Below, in pieces: positions 25,190 to 40,955 of a DNA stretch of 64,000 nucleotides (position 1 is the first letter of the stretch; each line of letters starts with the position of its first letter). The position numbers and the translations under genes were made by a program. The notes beneath the pieces were generated by a model. The model was given only the letters and a program-made list of their open reading frames with translations, was not told where the DNA came from and made no database searches. The DNA comes from the human T2T-CHM13v2.0 reference genome, Homo sapiens: NCBI RefSeq assembly GCF_009914755.1, contig NC_060932.1; one strand, 5' to 3'.

Positions 25190-26172
25190 AACTTGCTACA
25201 AAGACTTTATTAGGAATAAGGGAAGAAATTGAAGACAAGGTAAAGGAGTAATAAAAGTTCTCCTCTAGATCTCAAAGCAAATGATGAACACATTTTCCTC
25301 TGTGCTCCATGATCCCACTATTGGTGCAGGTCCCATAGCGGTGTTTGGAAAAATGACAGCCTGATATTCTGCCATAGCAGACCAAGCCCGTCGCTGAGCC
25401 TGAAGACACAGAGAAAGCATCAGGCATTGGGACTGGGGTCAGACGCGGTTGGTAAGGAGAATCCCCGTGCAGTTACTTACTGGGCTGATTGCATTCATCA
25501 TGGTGGCCACACCACAGCAGCAGCAAGATCAGCTCAATCAATAGGAATCAACGTACACAGCAGTGCTGCTCACAGGCAGGATTAGAGACTTATTCTCATT
25601 TGCTCACTTTTTGTGATGCTGCTTCTTCACACACACATTTGAGTACACCCTTAGGTCCCTTCCCATTTGTGAAGCTCCTCTAACAAACAAAGTGAAATAT
25701 GTTTCTTTCCAAGTGGGTTCTCATCCTCGATGCCAGAGAGACTCCCCAGCGTGTTTCCACATAGCATAAGATTACTAAATTTCACTGACTTTTCACAGAA
25801 TCAAATACCTTTGGAGGAGCAATGTCCATTGAATATCATCTGATTCTGTCTTTTCAGTCTACACTTGAGGAAATTGAGGCCTGGAGAGGTGATCACCTAA
25901 GAGAAAGAACCAGCTATTGGGTCTGATTCTAGCGGTGCCTGGTTTTCCTCTCTAGACTCCTGGCTCTGCAGTGCTGGTGGCTCTCACCTGAATCTCTAAA
26001 ACCTGAGCTTATGTCCCCTGTGAAGGAGATGGCAAAGTCCTGGTGGTCTGCCCCAAGCTGCTCCTGGGCTGCAGCCTAGTCAGCTCTTGCCTGGAGTGGC
26101 TCAAGCCAGGGCCTGGAGTGACACCAGGAGAATGGCAGCGAGGAGGGTGAGGGTCCTCATGGCTGGGGTCAC
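25190..26172 (-). pseudogene. DEFA11P: Disabled alpha-defensin (exons 26172-25988 and 25399-~25190)
   Basis: MRTLTLLAAILLVSLQALA* (1-bp insertion gives TGA at 26103-26101); second stop TAG 26078-26076 in the restored frame. Last exon GSATGLVCYGRISGCHFSKHRYGTCTNSGIMEH.. has Cys2>Gly, conserved Glu>Lys and no terminal CC. AATAAA 25211-25206. Symbol from gene order. Confidence 0.88.
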
Positions 26173-26225
26173 CTGGAGGATGGAGAGCAGGAGTGGATGT
26201 GTGGGGAGTGAGAAGCCAGCTTGGA

Positions 26226-26365
26226 TTTATAGCTCTGCTGGGAGAAGGCTCAGAGACAGATGCTGCAGTGAGAGGAGGTGGAGCATGTGATTGGGGAAGG
26301 GAAGGGCTGCCTTTGCCATCAAGATCCCTTTGATGCTCTTCTGTTCTCCGAGCTTTTATCATAGC
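26226..26365 (-). promoter_or_regulatory. Enteric (DEFA5-like) promoter remnant of DEFA11P
   Basis: TATAAA 26231-26226; TCF/LEF motif CTTTGAT 26328-26334 in the same context as DEFA5 53481-53487. Confidence 0.6.
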
Positions 26366-26879
26366 ATGAGTCTGCTTATCGAGTGTCTGTTCTGGGTCCA
26401 AGCCAATAGTGATGATTAGGATCATGCTATAATTTCCTGTGTCTCATCTGCTGGAACATTTACTTCTTAATATTCAAAAAAGAAAAGAAACACTGCTCTT
26501 ATTCCATAAGTTCAGGCAATAAATGCCTCTTATTTTCTGAAGATGAGCCCTGCTATTCTTGGTGGTCTAGACCCTGAGGCAAGACCTGGACCCCAGCATA
26601 GAGAGTAATTCATTGCAGGATTCTGGGGCATTTCTACCCTCATGAAGGACGCTTTTGAGGTTCTGGAAGGCATAGTCTTCTGCCACTGCTAGTGTGGAGA
26701 GGACAATGGCCTCATCAGGCTATCAGTCAAATAAGCTCAGTGGGATACTAGTTAAAGAGTTGGTCTGAATAAGGTTAAAAATTTTTTTTTATTTCCAACC
26801 GTATTGAGAGGAGTGACAATTAGAAATTATATCGGTTGAAAGTACACAACCTGATAATTCAACGTATATCTACATTTGT

Positions 26880-29570
26880 ACCCTTATCTCACACCAAATG
26901 TAAAAATCAACTCTGAATGAATTGAAGACCTAAATATAAGTCTTGAAATCATAAAACTTACTAGAAGAACCCATAGGGATAAAGCTTCCTAACGTTGAAC
27001 TGGGAGATTATTTCTTGGATATTACATTAAAGGTAGAGGCAACTAAAGCAAAAATAAACCAGTTGGAGTTCATTTAACTGTAAAACATCTGCATAGCAAA
27101 GGAAATCATTAACTGAGCAAACAGGCAACCTAGCAAGAGAGAGAAATATTTGTAAACGATACATGTAATGAAAGTAAATATCTAAATATATAAAGAACTT
27201 AATAGAAAAAAACGAGTATTAATGATAAATGTGACTAAACAACTAAAAGAAACCATTATTACATAATTAAAGGAAACTGTGATGACAAAATCTTTTCAAG
27301 GGCAGAATATAATAAAGTGAAGTTACGAAGAAACACATGAAATTCTGGAATTGAGAAGTACAATAATCGAAATGTAAATTTTATGAACGGCTGCTCAATA
27401 GTATACTTAAACTGGCAGAACCAAGATTTAGGAAATGTGTGTACAGATAGATAAAAGATTATATAGTCCAGAGAACAGAGAAAAAAGATGAAGAAACAAG
27501 AATACAGTTAGAGAAAAGTGAGATACTATTAGGCATGAAAACACTCACTGGGTTGAGAGGTGAACTCTCAATCTGTTAAGGCAGCAGTCCCCAACTTTTT
27601 TGGCATCAGGGACATCTATGAAAAACTTACAACTAACATCATACTCGGTGGTTGAAAAAAAAAAAAAGGATGCTTTCCTACTGAAATTAGAAACCAGCCA
27701 AGGATATCTGAAATCAGCACTTCTACTCAACATTGTGCTAGAGGTTCTAGGGCAGTCAGGCAAGAAGGAAAAATTAAATGACATCCAGGTTAGAAAAGAA
27801 GTTGTTAAATAATCTCTGTTTGCAAAGACATGATCTTTTATATATAGAAAATCCAAAACAATTTATTAAAAAACTATTAGAACTAATAAGGGAGTTTAGC
27901 ATGGTTGAAAAATAGAAGACCAGTGCACAAAAATCAATTGTATTTTTTCTTTCATAATAAACTTTTCAAAAATGAAGCTAAAAACTCCTTTTACAAGTAG
28001 TATCAAAAGGAACATAGCTAGTCGTTGAATTTAAAAAATGTGCAAAACTTATACTCCCCAAACCACAAAAAGTTGAAGTTTTTAAGAATATCTAAATAAC
28101 TGGAAAGAGATCTTATGCTCAGGGATTGTGAGGTTTAATGTGAGATGTCAGTGCTCCCCAAACTGATCTACAGATTCAGCTCAATCTATTTCAGAATCCC
28201 TAATGACTTCTTTGTAGAAGACTTTCTTTGTAGAAACTGACTAGGTGATTCTAAAATTTATATGGAATAGCAAGGATCCCAGAATAGCTAAATAATCTTG
28301 AAAAAGAAGAAAAGATTCCTGTTTTCAAAGCATCCTACAAAGAAACGGTAATCATGACAGGGTGGTACTGCTGTAAAGATAGACATAGATCAGTGGAATA
28401 GAATTGAGAGTTCAGAAATAAAAACGTGTCTATGGTTATTAACTCACTTTCTGCAGTGGTGCCAAGGGCATTCAATGGAGGCAAGAAAATTCTTTTCAAC
28501 AAATGGTGGGGTAAACTAGATGGCCACAAGCATTAGAATGAGTTGGACCCTACCTCACACTATATTTAAAAGGTAATTCAAAATGGGTTAGAAATCTAAA
28601 TGTAAAATCTAAAAGCATAAAACTTTTATAAGGAAACATAGGGGTAAGCCTTCATAACCTATGTTTGGCAATGGATTCTTAGATATTATATCAAAAGCAT
28701 GAGCAACAAAAGAAAAAAACAGGTAATTGGATATTATCAAAATTAAAATCTTTTGTATTTCAAGTGACACTATCAAGAAAGCGAAAAGGCAACTCACAGA
28801 ATGAGAGAAAATACTTACATATCACGTATCTCATGAAAGACATGTATCCCATGTATCCAGAATATATGCAGTCCTCTTATGATAAACACTTAAAGCTAAA
28901 TAAACAAATTTATAAACGGGCAAAGGATCTCCTTAGACATTTCTCTAGGGAAGATATACAGATAGTCAATAAGCACATGAAAAAATTCTTGGCATCATTA
29001 TTTATTAGGAAATTCAAATCAAAACCACAGTGAAATACCACTTCATATCCACCAGGGTTTTTTAGAATCAAAAAGGCAGATAATAGACAAAACCTCTCGA
29101 GGATGTGGAGAAATTTACTGCTGTGGTGTAAAATGGGGCAGTCTCTGGGGAAAACAGTTTTATTGATTCTTTAATAAGTTAAACATAGAATTACCCTGTG
29201 AGCTAGGAATTCCACTCCTAGGTATATACCCAAAAGCTATGAAAGTGTATGTCCACACAAACAGTCATGGGGAAGGGCAAGAAGCCAGACATAAAAGACC
29301 ATGTATTACATGATTCTGTTTATACAAAATATCCAGAATAAGCAAATCTATGGGGACAGAAAATAGCTTAGTGGTTGCTCAGAGGTAGAGGGATGGGAAT
29401 ATCGGAAGGGAGGAATGGAAAGTCCTTGGGTTCTTTATGAAGTGATGAAAATTAATTTGAATGTGGTTATTGCTGCACATGTCTGTGAATATACTAAGCG
29501 CCACTGAATTCTGCACTTTAAATGTGTGAGTTGTACATCATGTTAATTTTATCTCGATAGAGTGGCTTTA
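26880..29570 (+). mobile_element. Old L1 (L1M) fragments with a short MER1-like piece at ~27578-27613
   Basis: ORF2-like peptides DAFLLKLETSQGYLKSALLLNIVLEVL and DIQIVNKHMKKF; L1M 3'UTR ending near 29570. Confidence 0.85.
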
Positions 29571-29919
29571 AAAAACAAAATAACACGAAAAATGATATAA
29601 CCAATTTTTTTTTAAGTTACCAAATGCATTTCCTTTCTCTATATATGGTGCACTACTGGTTTGGGGCCAAATATAAAATAAAATATGTTGGCATGATGGA
29701 AATTGTGTTATATTGCTACATTAATTGTGGTTTATTATGTGACCTGGATTAGTGTAATCTGAGAGATATTTGTCGTTACGTTTTTCCAAGCAAACCTTGT
29801 TTACTCAAATGTGGAGGCAATTATTACCACTTTTCTTCACTCCCAACTTTTTTATAAGATCGTGTATTCAAAAAGCTGTTTTGGGACAACTAAAATGTTA
29901 AATATTTTATGCTATATGA

Positions 29920-30237
<318 letters not shown>

Positions 30238-30939
30238 TATCATTTATTTTTATTGTGTGTGTTGTTACAGTTCAATGTAATCGTCAATTATAAAATGCCT
30301 CTCCCATTTCACATTTCATAAGAGTAAAGAGTTTTTTTAAAAGAGACTTTCTAGAATAGAGAATGTGACATAATTTTATTCTCTTTTGATATTGGAAAAG
30401 TAAGGATTTTTAGAAGATTTCTAGGCAAGGCAGAGAACTCAGTTGTGCTTTAATTGGATTTACGGCATGGGGACTTTTTCTCAGCATCAAGGTGAAGGTG
30501 AGAACAGTATAAAATTGATGTGGGCTTAGCATTTGGCATTTGCCCAGAGAGATAAGAGAGTGGGGGGAAAGGAACGAAGTCCTCATTCAACAGTGATTAA
30601 GTGATGGAACATAGACCAGGGCTGGATGTGAAAGAATTAAAAGAGTTTGGACAACTGATTGGGAAATAGTGGTGTTCCTAGAGAATGGAAGTGTTGACGA
30701 CACTGAGTGACAGTATGGGAACGGCTGAGTCAGAAAGATTGAGGGGTGGGGACGAGGCAGGGTAGGATGCTGGAATCTGCATTTTTAAGGTGAGAGTATC
30801 TCCAAGTGATAAGAAGATTGATGTTATGGCTGTGGATTGGGTGAACAAAACAGAGTATAAGGGAGGTTTCTGAAACCAACAGGTCAAGGATCCCTGAGGT
30901 TGTTGGGAGCCATGTGAGAGCAATGCCATTTCCCACACC

Positions 30940-31090
30940 ACAGCAGTGTTCTCAAAGCCGGAGCTCTGAACCAGAAGCACCTGCATCACCTGGGAACATG
31001 GTAGCAATACAAACTCCTGGATCCCACCTCAGACCTATTGAATCAGAAACTCTGTGGAATGGGTCCTAGCAACAGTGTTTTACTGAGACC
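30940..31090. mobile_element. MER5A-like hAT DNA transposon fossil (L2 remnant at ~30500-30900 upstream)
   Basis: cagtgttctcaaag..gcatcacctgggaac..cccacctcagacctattgaatcagaaactctg. Confidence 0.75.
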
Positions 31091-31386
31091 TCTGCAGACC
31101 TAGTGGAGGTTTACTGCTCATAGACCATCATCACTCAGGACAAAGACTCTTTCTCCCAGGTCCTTAGAAAAACAGTGGACATAAATGCTTTCTGTTAAAT
31201 CCCATTGCTGAAGTCCGTTCAGAGTGAAAGAATTCTGAAACTTTTCAGCCATTTCCAGAGATGTGCCTTTTGTGTGTAAATGCATTTGTTTTATATTTAC
31301 TTGAACTTGGCATTCATTTATCCACTGTGAGGTGGCCTTTTAACCAAGGCCCAGGTTTCCAATTAAACCTGCCTCCTTCACCCCAA

Positions 31387-31702
<316 letters not shown>

Positions 31703-32681
31703 TGAATTAAAGGTGTCCACATCACTTTCCCTACTTGCTCAAGGGGAAGACAACAATTACCCTATCACCTGGCAATCCTTCCCAGGAGCTATTCCTAAGC
31801 TACCCTGATCTATCTAAGAGGACAAGATTCTTCTAAGGGTAAGTGGTCCTGATTTCCTGGTCTTGACCTAAAGGGGAATTCTGTAATTGTCTGATCTACC
31901 TTTGGGAAATAATAAGTGGCCCCAGCTTACTCTGTGGAATAGAAGATAACACAGCCTAGTCCACATGGTGGTTGGTAAACATATAGACAGACGGGAAGCA
32001 GGGACTCTTATTGGGATCCATATCACGACTCATGAAATCATCAGAGGCACCAAGCAAATAGATGGCACACCTGGAATAAGAAGAACATCAAAGGGCTTTG
32101 GAGACAATAAGGGAACTTCAAATGGTTTGCTTTCCTCTCTTCCCTCTCCTCCCAGCCCCCATACTCACATATGGACAAATGTCCAAGCCCTATTCAGCAA
32201 AGCCCATTACTCTTGGGTCCAGCTTTCAATGAACAAATGCAAACACAGGATGGGTATATTTCTCCCTCATTAGCCATCAGGCTTGTGCAGCTTCGTGAGA
32301 AGAAACGACTGTCCCCTGTGATGACCGGTAGTCATGAGGACCTTATCTCTGCTCAGCGCCCTTCTCTCCTTCACCCCACCCCACCCCACATCGAAGCCAG
32401 AGCATTTTCACTGAAGTTCAATCTGTTTGTGCCAAGGGCTCTTTCTTCTTTTTCCTCAGTAGCTTCAGTATGTTTCCACCTTGAGATGTCCTCAGTTATC
32501 AGAGGGCGACTTAGCAGTGCCCATGCTATATTCCCAGTCAAGGAGAACCTGCTCTGACAGAAAGCTGGGCCAGCAGAGCCACAGTAGCACCTTAAGGACA
32601 GCAGGCGGCGCTCCTGCCCCTTATAAAGTTACCCTGGAGGAACTGCATAGGTACACTACTGAATAGCGGTGTCCAGCAAAT

Positions 32682-32683
<2 letters not shown>

Positions 32684-32714
<31 letters not shown>

Positions 32715-33005
32715 GTTGTTGTTGTTGAGACAGAGTCCTGCTCTGTCGCCCAGGCTGGTGTGCAGTGGCGCGTGATCTCGGCTCACTGCAACCTCGCCTC
32801 CCAGGTTCAAGCGATTCTCTTGCTTCGGTCTCCCGAGTAGCTGGGATTACAGGCACACACCACCATGGCAGGCTAATTTTTTTTGTATTTTTAGTAAAGA
32901 CCAGGTTTCACTATGCTGACCAGGCTGGTCTCGAACCTCAGGTGATCCGCCCACCTCTGCCTCCCAAAGTGCTGGGATTATAGGCATGAACCACCAGGCC
33001 CGGCC
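32684..33005 (-). mobile_element. Alu without a recognisable TSD
   Basis: Long T tract followed by antisense Alu; sits at the border between unique DNA and the DEFA7P duplication unit. Confidence 0.93.
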
Positions 33006-33897
33006 TGGAACCATTTCTTGGTTGGACACAGACCCACTCTGTCCTCCCTGGGATCTGTATTGGGTTCCCTAGCTGTGTAGTGTCTCAGTGGGGTGCCTGG
33101 ACCCTCTGCCTAGCTGAAGCTGCCTCTTCAGACAGACAGAGCCTCGGTCTGGGGCTGAGACCTGCTTAGAATCTGCATGGGGTGAATGTGGAGAACACCA
33201 GCTCCCTTCTCCTGAGGTCTGGGCATTTGTTGGCGGTGTTGGTGGTCACAGCAGTATGTGGGCCCGTTGAATTATTTTAGTCAAGAATGGTAAATAACTC
33301 ACTTGATATTCTGTCTCTTTGCAAACAGTGGTCTCTCTATCAGTCTTGGATTTCTTAAGGCGTTTTACCAGAGCCCACCTGATAAGAGTAGCCTTGGCTC
33401 AAACAGACATATTCTTATTCCAAATACGTGTTGTGGAATCACAAACTGAAACTGCTATATTCCAGGTGAAATAAGGAGCTGGCACTCACGCTGGACGCCT
33501 CTGTGGGGTCTTGTGGTCAGGGACTGACAGGCCATTTGCAGGACACGTTGGATAACTGCTCAAGGGACAGTTGGAATCTGGGGAAGGAAACAGAGGGGAG
33601 ACAGGAGGAAGAGTCACATTACACCTCAACAAGATGTCAGCCTGGCCCTACAGAGACACCAGGTTTAGGCAGTGACCATGTCCTCTTGGAAAGGAAGAAA
33701 AAGACAAGCTCAAAAGGACACAGGCCCCAAGAGTGAGATATGAAGATGAGCAACAGTTGGAGACAGCCTGGGAGGGAAGCCGTGACCATCCCGGTACATA
33801 CTCTGAGGACCTAAGAGGGTATTGCTGTTGCTGTTCCTCCTGGAAGGTCCTGATAATGAATCTATCACAGTGTGGTGTTCCTGGGCTCTTTGTTTGA

Positions 33898-34428
<531 letters not shown>

Positions 34429-34770
34429 TAGCTAAAGTTGTTTCAATAGAACTGATATAACCCCCAAACTTAAAATGTAGATGTGTGATCCAGTTTGGTT
34501 GAATAAAACTCCAACAATTTTGGAAACAGCATGATGGTTTTTCCTGAGAAGGAATGATTTTGTGATTGCATAAACTTTTAGCTGACACTGATTGTCTGCC
34601 CAGCACACAGGACTTCTTTGAGACTGGATCCAGTGAAAATGAGGCAGAATGAAAAGACAGAGCAGTGGATGGAGAGATCAGGGGCATCATTTGACCTTTC
34701 ATATACATGTGTCTGAAGCCAGAATTCTTCCTTGAAGTTCCTAGAATTTGGATCTTTATTTTATTAGATC

Positions 34771-35095
<325 letters not shown>

Positions 35096-35197
35096 TTATT
35101 TGGGATGAGGACAGGAAATCGAGGACAAGGTATAAGAATAACAATTCCCTTTAATGCTCAAAGCAAATTATGAACTCTTTTTCTCTATTCTGCAAGC

Positions 35198-36066
35198 TTA
35201 GTAGCAGCAGATTGGGTAGCGTTCACCAAGGATGAAGCAGGTCCCACCAACATGTTCTCCAAAAAGGCAGTGTAGTACTCTGCAATGGCAGATCAAGCCC
35301 TTTGTTGAGCCTGGGGACCCAGAGAGAGCATCAGAAATTGAGTACGGGGTCAGCAGTGGGTGGTAAAGGGAATCTTGGAGAAGTCACATGTTGGCTGATG
35401 AGTGATATTGGCTGTATTGCAGCCGGTAGCACAAACAATCTCAGTCAACAGGAATAAATACACAGAGCAGTGCTGGTCACACAGGATTCGAGACTCATTC
35501 TCCTTTGCTTCACTTTTCTGCATTCCTGCCCATCACACACACACCTGAACACATTCTTAGGCTCCTCTCCAGGTTCTAAAACCTCCTATATAGACAGGGT
35601 GAAATATTTTCTATATACTTAAGCTTGTTTGTCTGGTTCCAGAAGGAACTAGGTAGCATCTCCTTATATCTTAAATCTAGTGAATTTCACAGTCATATCT
35701 TGGAATCAAGTTTTTGGAGAAAGAAAAATCTCTTAGATTTCTTTGGTTCTCTATTCCATTTAGATATGAGAAAATCCAGGACCAGAGATGTTAAGTATAG
35801 CCACCTAAGTGACATCTGCCACTGAGATCCAATTCCAGAGCCTGTCTCCTGTCCTTCTGTCTAGTCTGTAGCTCTGCATGCTGGCATCTCTCACCTGGAA
35901 CCTGAAGAGAGCAGCTGTCATCTCCTGAAAAGTAAATGACCACATCCTGGTCATCTGCTGGAGGCTGCTTCTGGGCTGGCATCTCATCAGCTCTTGCCTG
36001 GAGCGGCTCTGCCCAGGCCTGAAGGGCCACCAGGAGAAAGGCAGAGAGGAGGGTGAGGGTCCTCAT
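35198..36066 (-). CDS. DEFA7P: Intact alpha-defensin preproprotein ORF, 94 aa, at the locus usually labelled a pseudogene; join(36066-35895,35310-35198); exon-1 homologue ~37675-37592
   Basis: [57 protein letters not shown]|GSTKGLICHCRVLHCLFGEHVGGTCFILGERYPICCY*. 172+113=285 nt; GTGAG donor and CAG acceptors intact; AATAAA 35100-35095. The ORF is certain; expression is unknown. Symbol from gene order. Confidence 0.75.
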
Positions 36067-36789
36067 AACTGTAGTCACCTGGAGGAGAGGAGGGAGAGCA
36101 GGAGTGGATGTGTGGGAACGGAGGAGCCAGGCTGAATTTATAGCTCTGCTGCGAGAAGGCTCAGAGATGGATGCTGCAGTGAGAGGAGGTAGGCATTTCG
36201 TTGGAGAGGTTGCAGGTGTCCATTGGCCTCCACATCCTTCTGAGACTCCTCTGCTCTCCCAGCTTTCATTCTAGCGTGAATCTCTAGGTTTAGTGTCTAT
36301 GCTAGCTTGGAATTCACGGTGATGATAAGGACCCTACCATTATTTCTGTTTTTACCTGTTTAAATATTTACTTTTAATATTGCAAAAAGTAATCGAAACA
36401 GTGATTTAATTCAGTAATTTCAGGGAATAAATCCTGCTTATTTTCTGAAAATGAGACCTCTTCTCTTCAGAGATCCAGACCCTCATAACAGACCTGAATT
36501 CCACTGTAGTAGAGAACTAATTCATTGCAGGATTCAAGGGCATTATCACCCTCATGAAGGGGTTTTTGAGGTTAGGGGATGAGCAGTCTCCTATAGGAGC
36601 TGGGGTAGAGAGGACAACAACCTCATCAGGCTATAGGTGAAACAAGTTCAGTGAGATAGAGATAGAGTTGATTGAAAGATAAAAATATGTTTATTATTTT
36701 CAGCTCAATGTGTGTAAATAGACACATTGTATGTGTCTAATATATACTACCTTAGAATTTGAGATATGTATACATGTGGTCTTTTTTCT

Positions 36790-37330
<541 letters not shown>

Positions 37331-37689
37331 TAAAATGATGTTTTAGCAGCTATGAGTATGATCATCTCTGTTGGACACGTTAAGTAGGACATGTGTGTTT
37401 GGAAGGAAACAGCTTGAGTTTATTAACTGAGCTCATAGCCACTGCCCCTAGCAACCAACAGTCCCAGATGGCAAAATATTCCCTCACTGGGTCCCTCTGA
37501 GGTGGCCCCATAATCACGGGTCAGATTGGGAACACAGCTTCCTGGGTGGAACCGCAGTATGAAAGTTTAAGTTTTGTATTGTATTACTGACAGATTGTTA
37601 AGCTACGTGAGGCTACCAGAGTGGGCAGAGGACAGTCCCCTGTCCCAGGCCTCATGTTGCCACATCAGCAGCTGTGCACAAGCAGGAAA

Positions 37690-37795
37690 GGACTTCCCCT
37701 ATTTAAGGGTCTTTTGGGAACAGGTGTCCTAATTTTCAGGGTTACTTTCTATTGAGTAGTTTAAATACCTGCTGGTAAGAGCAGTTGAGAAATTT
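37690..37795 (-). promoter_or_regulatory. Myeloid-type promoter of DEFA7P
   Basis: TTAAATA 37706-37700; GGGGAAGT ETS site; CAGTTGAGAAAT MYB/C/EBP motif 37782-37793. The distal CCGGAAA and TGTGGT motifs seen in DEFA1 are altered. Confidence 0.65.
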
Positions 37796-37849
37796 GTTGG
37801 GAAGCTGGCATTAAAATAGGAGTTCACAGAGGGATGCCTTGTCTATGGT

Positions 37850-40350
37850 CAGCCCTGGCCAGGCCCAGGTAGCTACCAACTATGAATTCTCCATGACTCC
37901 TAAGACAATTGACCCTGTGATGCCTACACTGGTGCTGAGGCTGAACTATCTGGACCAAAAGAATATTGAAAGCCACTGGGACAGCCTGGCTGTGTATCAT
38001 AGTATCCACCCTGTAAGGAGGCTAGGCTAAGAATGCCACTCACACACAGATGAGGATTTGGAATATGGCCTGAACCAGCCTCCTGGGAACCTGGGGTCCA
38101 ACTATAAAAACAAATCAAAGCTGTTTGGACAAACAGGTGTGTTGGAGAATGCCCGGGTGAGAGGAGTACCACCTCGGCTTGTGTTGCTAAGCAGGGCAGG
38201 TTTGTTGGACTTTCCGGAATTAAGGATGTACATGCAACATGTGGTTTCTTAGAGGGAGCAACCACCTCTTCTCTTGACCTTAGAGAGTTCAGACTGAACA
38301 ATTTTTTAGGACCGTTTGGGCCTAGAAATCCTGAGATTTTTAGGTGAGACCTAATGTGTCTCAGAGGTCTCACAAGGGAGGGGGCCAAGGTGGCAGCAAG
38401 ACGGTGCTGTGTGCTCAAACACCTTGTTCTAAAGCCAGTTCAGGGCAGGCTTAATGGCCACCATACACTCAGCATGAGTGGGATGATTACTCTATGCTTG
38501 GGATACACAGGAATGAGCTGGTATGGTCCCTCCTGGGTTATTTGAGGGGGAGTCCTAGGGAGAATAGTGCACATTTTAAAATGTACCACTCTCCACCCTC
38601 CTCCTCCTCCTCATAGTGAGGTAAATGGCATCAGTTTTCTGGAAATGGGAAAAGAATGCAGTCACTCCTGAGGGAATAAATACCTACAGCGAGGTTGCCA
38701 AGCCCAGTGTGCAGGCCGGGCAGCCACTGTTGCCATGGGAGGGTTGTGCACAGCGCTGGTCCAGCAGGCCGGATACACAGGACCTCCCCTGCAGCTCTGT
38801 GTGAAGGCAGCAGGCACCGCGCTGTGGAGGACTTGGGGCAGTGGAGTGAGAGCTGAAGCGTCTCCCTCAGTCTTAAGGAGGCAAGAGGCATCTCAAGCCT
38901 CGCTAGGGGTGGTCGCTGTTGCAGAGCAGTGAAGTCGGCTGCCCCTATGAGGAAGCAGTGAGTTCCTGATCTGTAGCAGCCCAGCAATTTCACCGTTGGA
39001 GGAAGTGGGCACTGGACTCATTCCAGCAGAGGAAGAGATTAGGGCCATTCAGGGAACTGGGCCCCAGATGATGGTTTTAGGTTCTAGGGCATTAGTAGGT
39101 GCCTGAAGGGCCCAGTGGATATGGATGTAGAGGCAAAATGAGAAGGGGTGTGTGTGCACGTGGGGAAAGTCTGCTGGTTTTGGGAAACGTCCAGTGTCCT
39201 GCAGAAGTGAAACCTGGACCAGCCTCCTGCACACAGAACACACTCCAATCCACAGGCATTTCCTCAGTAACACATGAGCGTGCTGTTATGGGGAGAGCTG
39301 GTTAAATTTGGGTGTGATGTTGTTACGCACAGGTCTCCCAAGTCCATAGTTTTTGCATAACTTGTAAGGCAGCCTCATGGTGTGACCTAGGCCCTATGGT
39401 TTCCTTGCACTAGAGGGTATAGCTAATGGGGTTACATAAAGACAAATGGTGTTCCCAGCAAAATACCGCTCTATGAAGTCACCTGCAGGGTACGCAACAA
39501 AGCATGAGCTAAGAGAGCAGCTAAGCAGGGGTCCAGGTACTGGATGTGAGCCAGCACCATGTCCTGGCGGTGGTGAGGTCCCTACCCTGTAGCAGTAAGG
39601 AGAGGCTGGTTTAGTGGTGACCTCACCATCAAGGTGAGATTCCTTGGAGTCCCCTGGTTCTGGTGAGGCTGTTGTTTTCCTTGACAACCCTTGGGTTGGG
39701 GCGCTGTGGTCTGAGGCTGTTGCCATCCATGACCCCTACCCCAATCGATTTTTCCATGAATTTCTACAAGTGTAGACTTCCAGTGTAGACGTGGTTGAAA
39801 CTGTTCTCTCATACACATGCATTTGAATTTCCAGAGAATATTGAAGTGAGCCTGCGCTAGGTTGGAGCTGACCATAAGAGCCTTGACACCATCAGGCTGG
39901 AGTATATATTCTGCGGAAGCTGTGGGTGGGGCTGCAGGTGTGGGTGTGACAGGAGAGAGGGCTCCCGGAGCAGCAAGGATATTCCCACACAGCTGAGGCT
40001 GTCTGGTGGCCCCAGCAGACACAGGGTGTGTGGACCTTGGGCATGGCCCTGGAACATCGTTTTGACCTGGTAGGGAAGGGCAGTCTTGGAACCTAGCGTG
40101 CGTGTTAGCGTGGGGCAGGGCGGAGGCTGCGTGGGGGTGAGCTCTGAGGACTGTCCACCTCCCAGCTCCTCAGAGAGCACCACCCTGTCCCTCCCCTCAG
40201 CCCTTTGTCCACCCGCCTGTGGGGAGGGTCCTGGTGCTGCCTGTGCCACACAGCGACTCCCACGCCTGCAGATCCAGCTGGGACAGGCAGGAGTTCCAAG
40301 TCCCTGGCTTTTGTCTGCCTTTCCCAGCCACCTCTCACAAGCTGTCTATC
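37850..40350 (-). mobile_element. Degenerate ERVL-like internal sequence upstream of DEFA7P
   Basis: Homologous to 5700-7495 and 18170-18810. Confidence 0.4.
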
Positions 40351-40594
40351 TGTCTAGTATTGGCGTCTGCAGAAATTTTACAAAAAACTATGAGGGAATA
40401 ACTCCGTTGAGCTGTTTAAAATGCGTCCCTAAATCATTGACTCTCCTCACACAGAAAAGGAGGTTTACTTATCCCCTATTGAATCGAGACCTGGTAACAT
40501 CTTGACAAATTGAGTGCACCTGACTTAGTGCCATGCTGTTTTTCTGGGATCGGGCCTGATGAACTGGTATCTTTCACTTCCTCTCTATTGGATG

Positions 40595-40955
40595 GTGCTG
40601 CAACCTGAATATTTTTGTCCCTCTGAAATTCATACGTTAAAATCTTAAACCATTAGTTGATAGTATAAGAGGTGGGAGCTTTTGGGAGTTAAGAAGGTCA
40701 GAAGGGCACAGGCTTTATGAGTAGCATTAGTGCCCTTATAGAAGATGCCCCAGAGAGCTCCCTCTCTGGTGAGAGGGCTCACTAGATGAGAATACAGTGA
40801 GAAGATGCCATCTATGAGTCAGAAAAGCAGCTCTCATGACACCAAATCTCCTGGCACCTTGATTTAGACTTATCAGTCCATGAGAAACACATTTCTGTTT
40901 TTATAAGCAGCTTGGTTTATGGCATTATTTTGCTAGCAGCCCAGACAGACTAAGA
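40595..40955 (+). mobile_element. Full-length MLT1A-like LTR
   Basis: cctgaatatttttgtccctctgaaattcatacg..gcagcccagacagactaaga. Confidence 0.75.
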
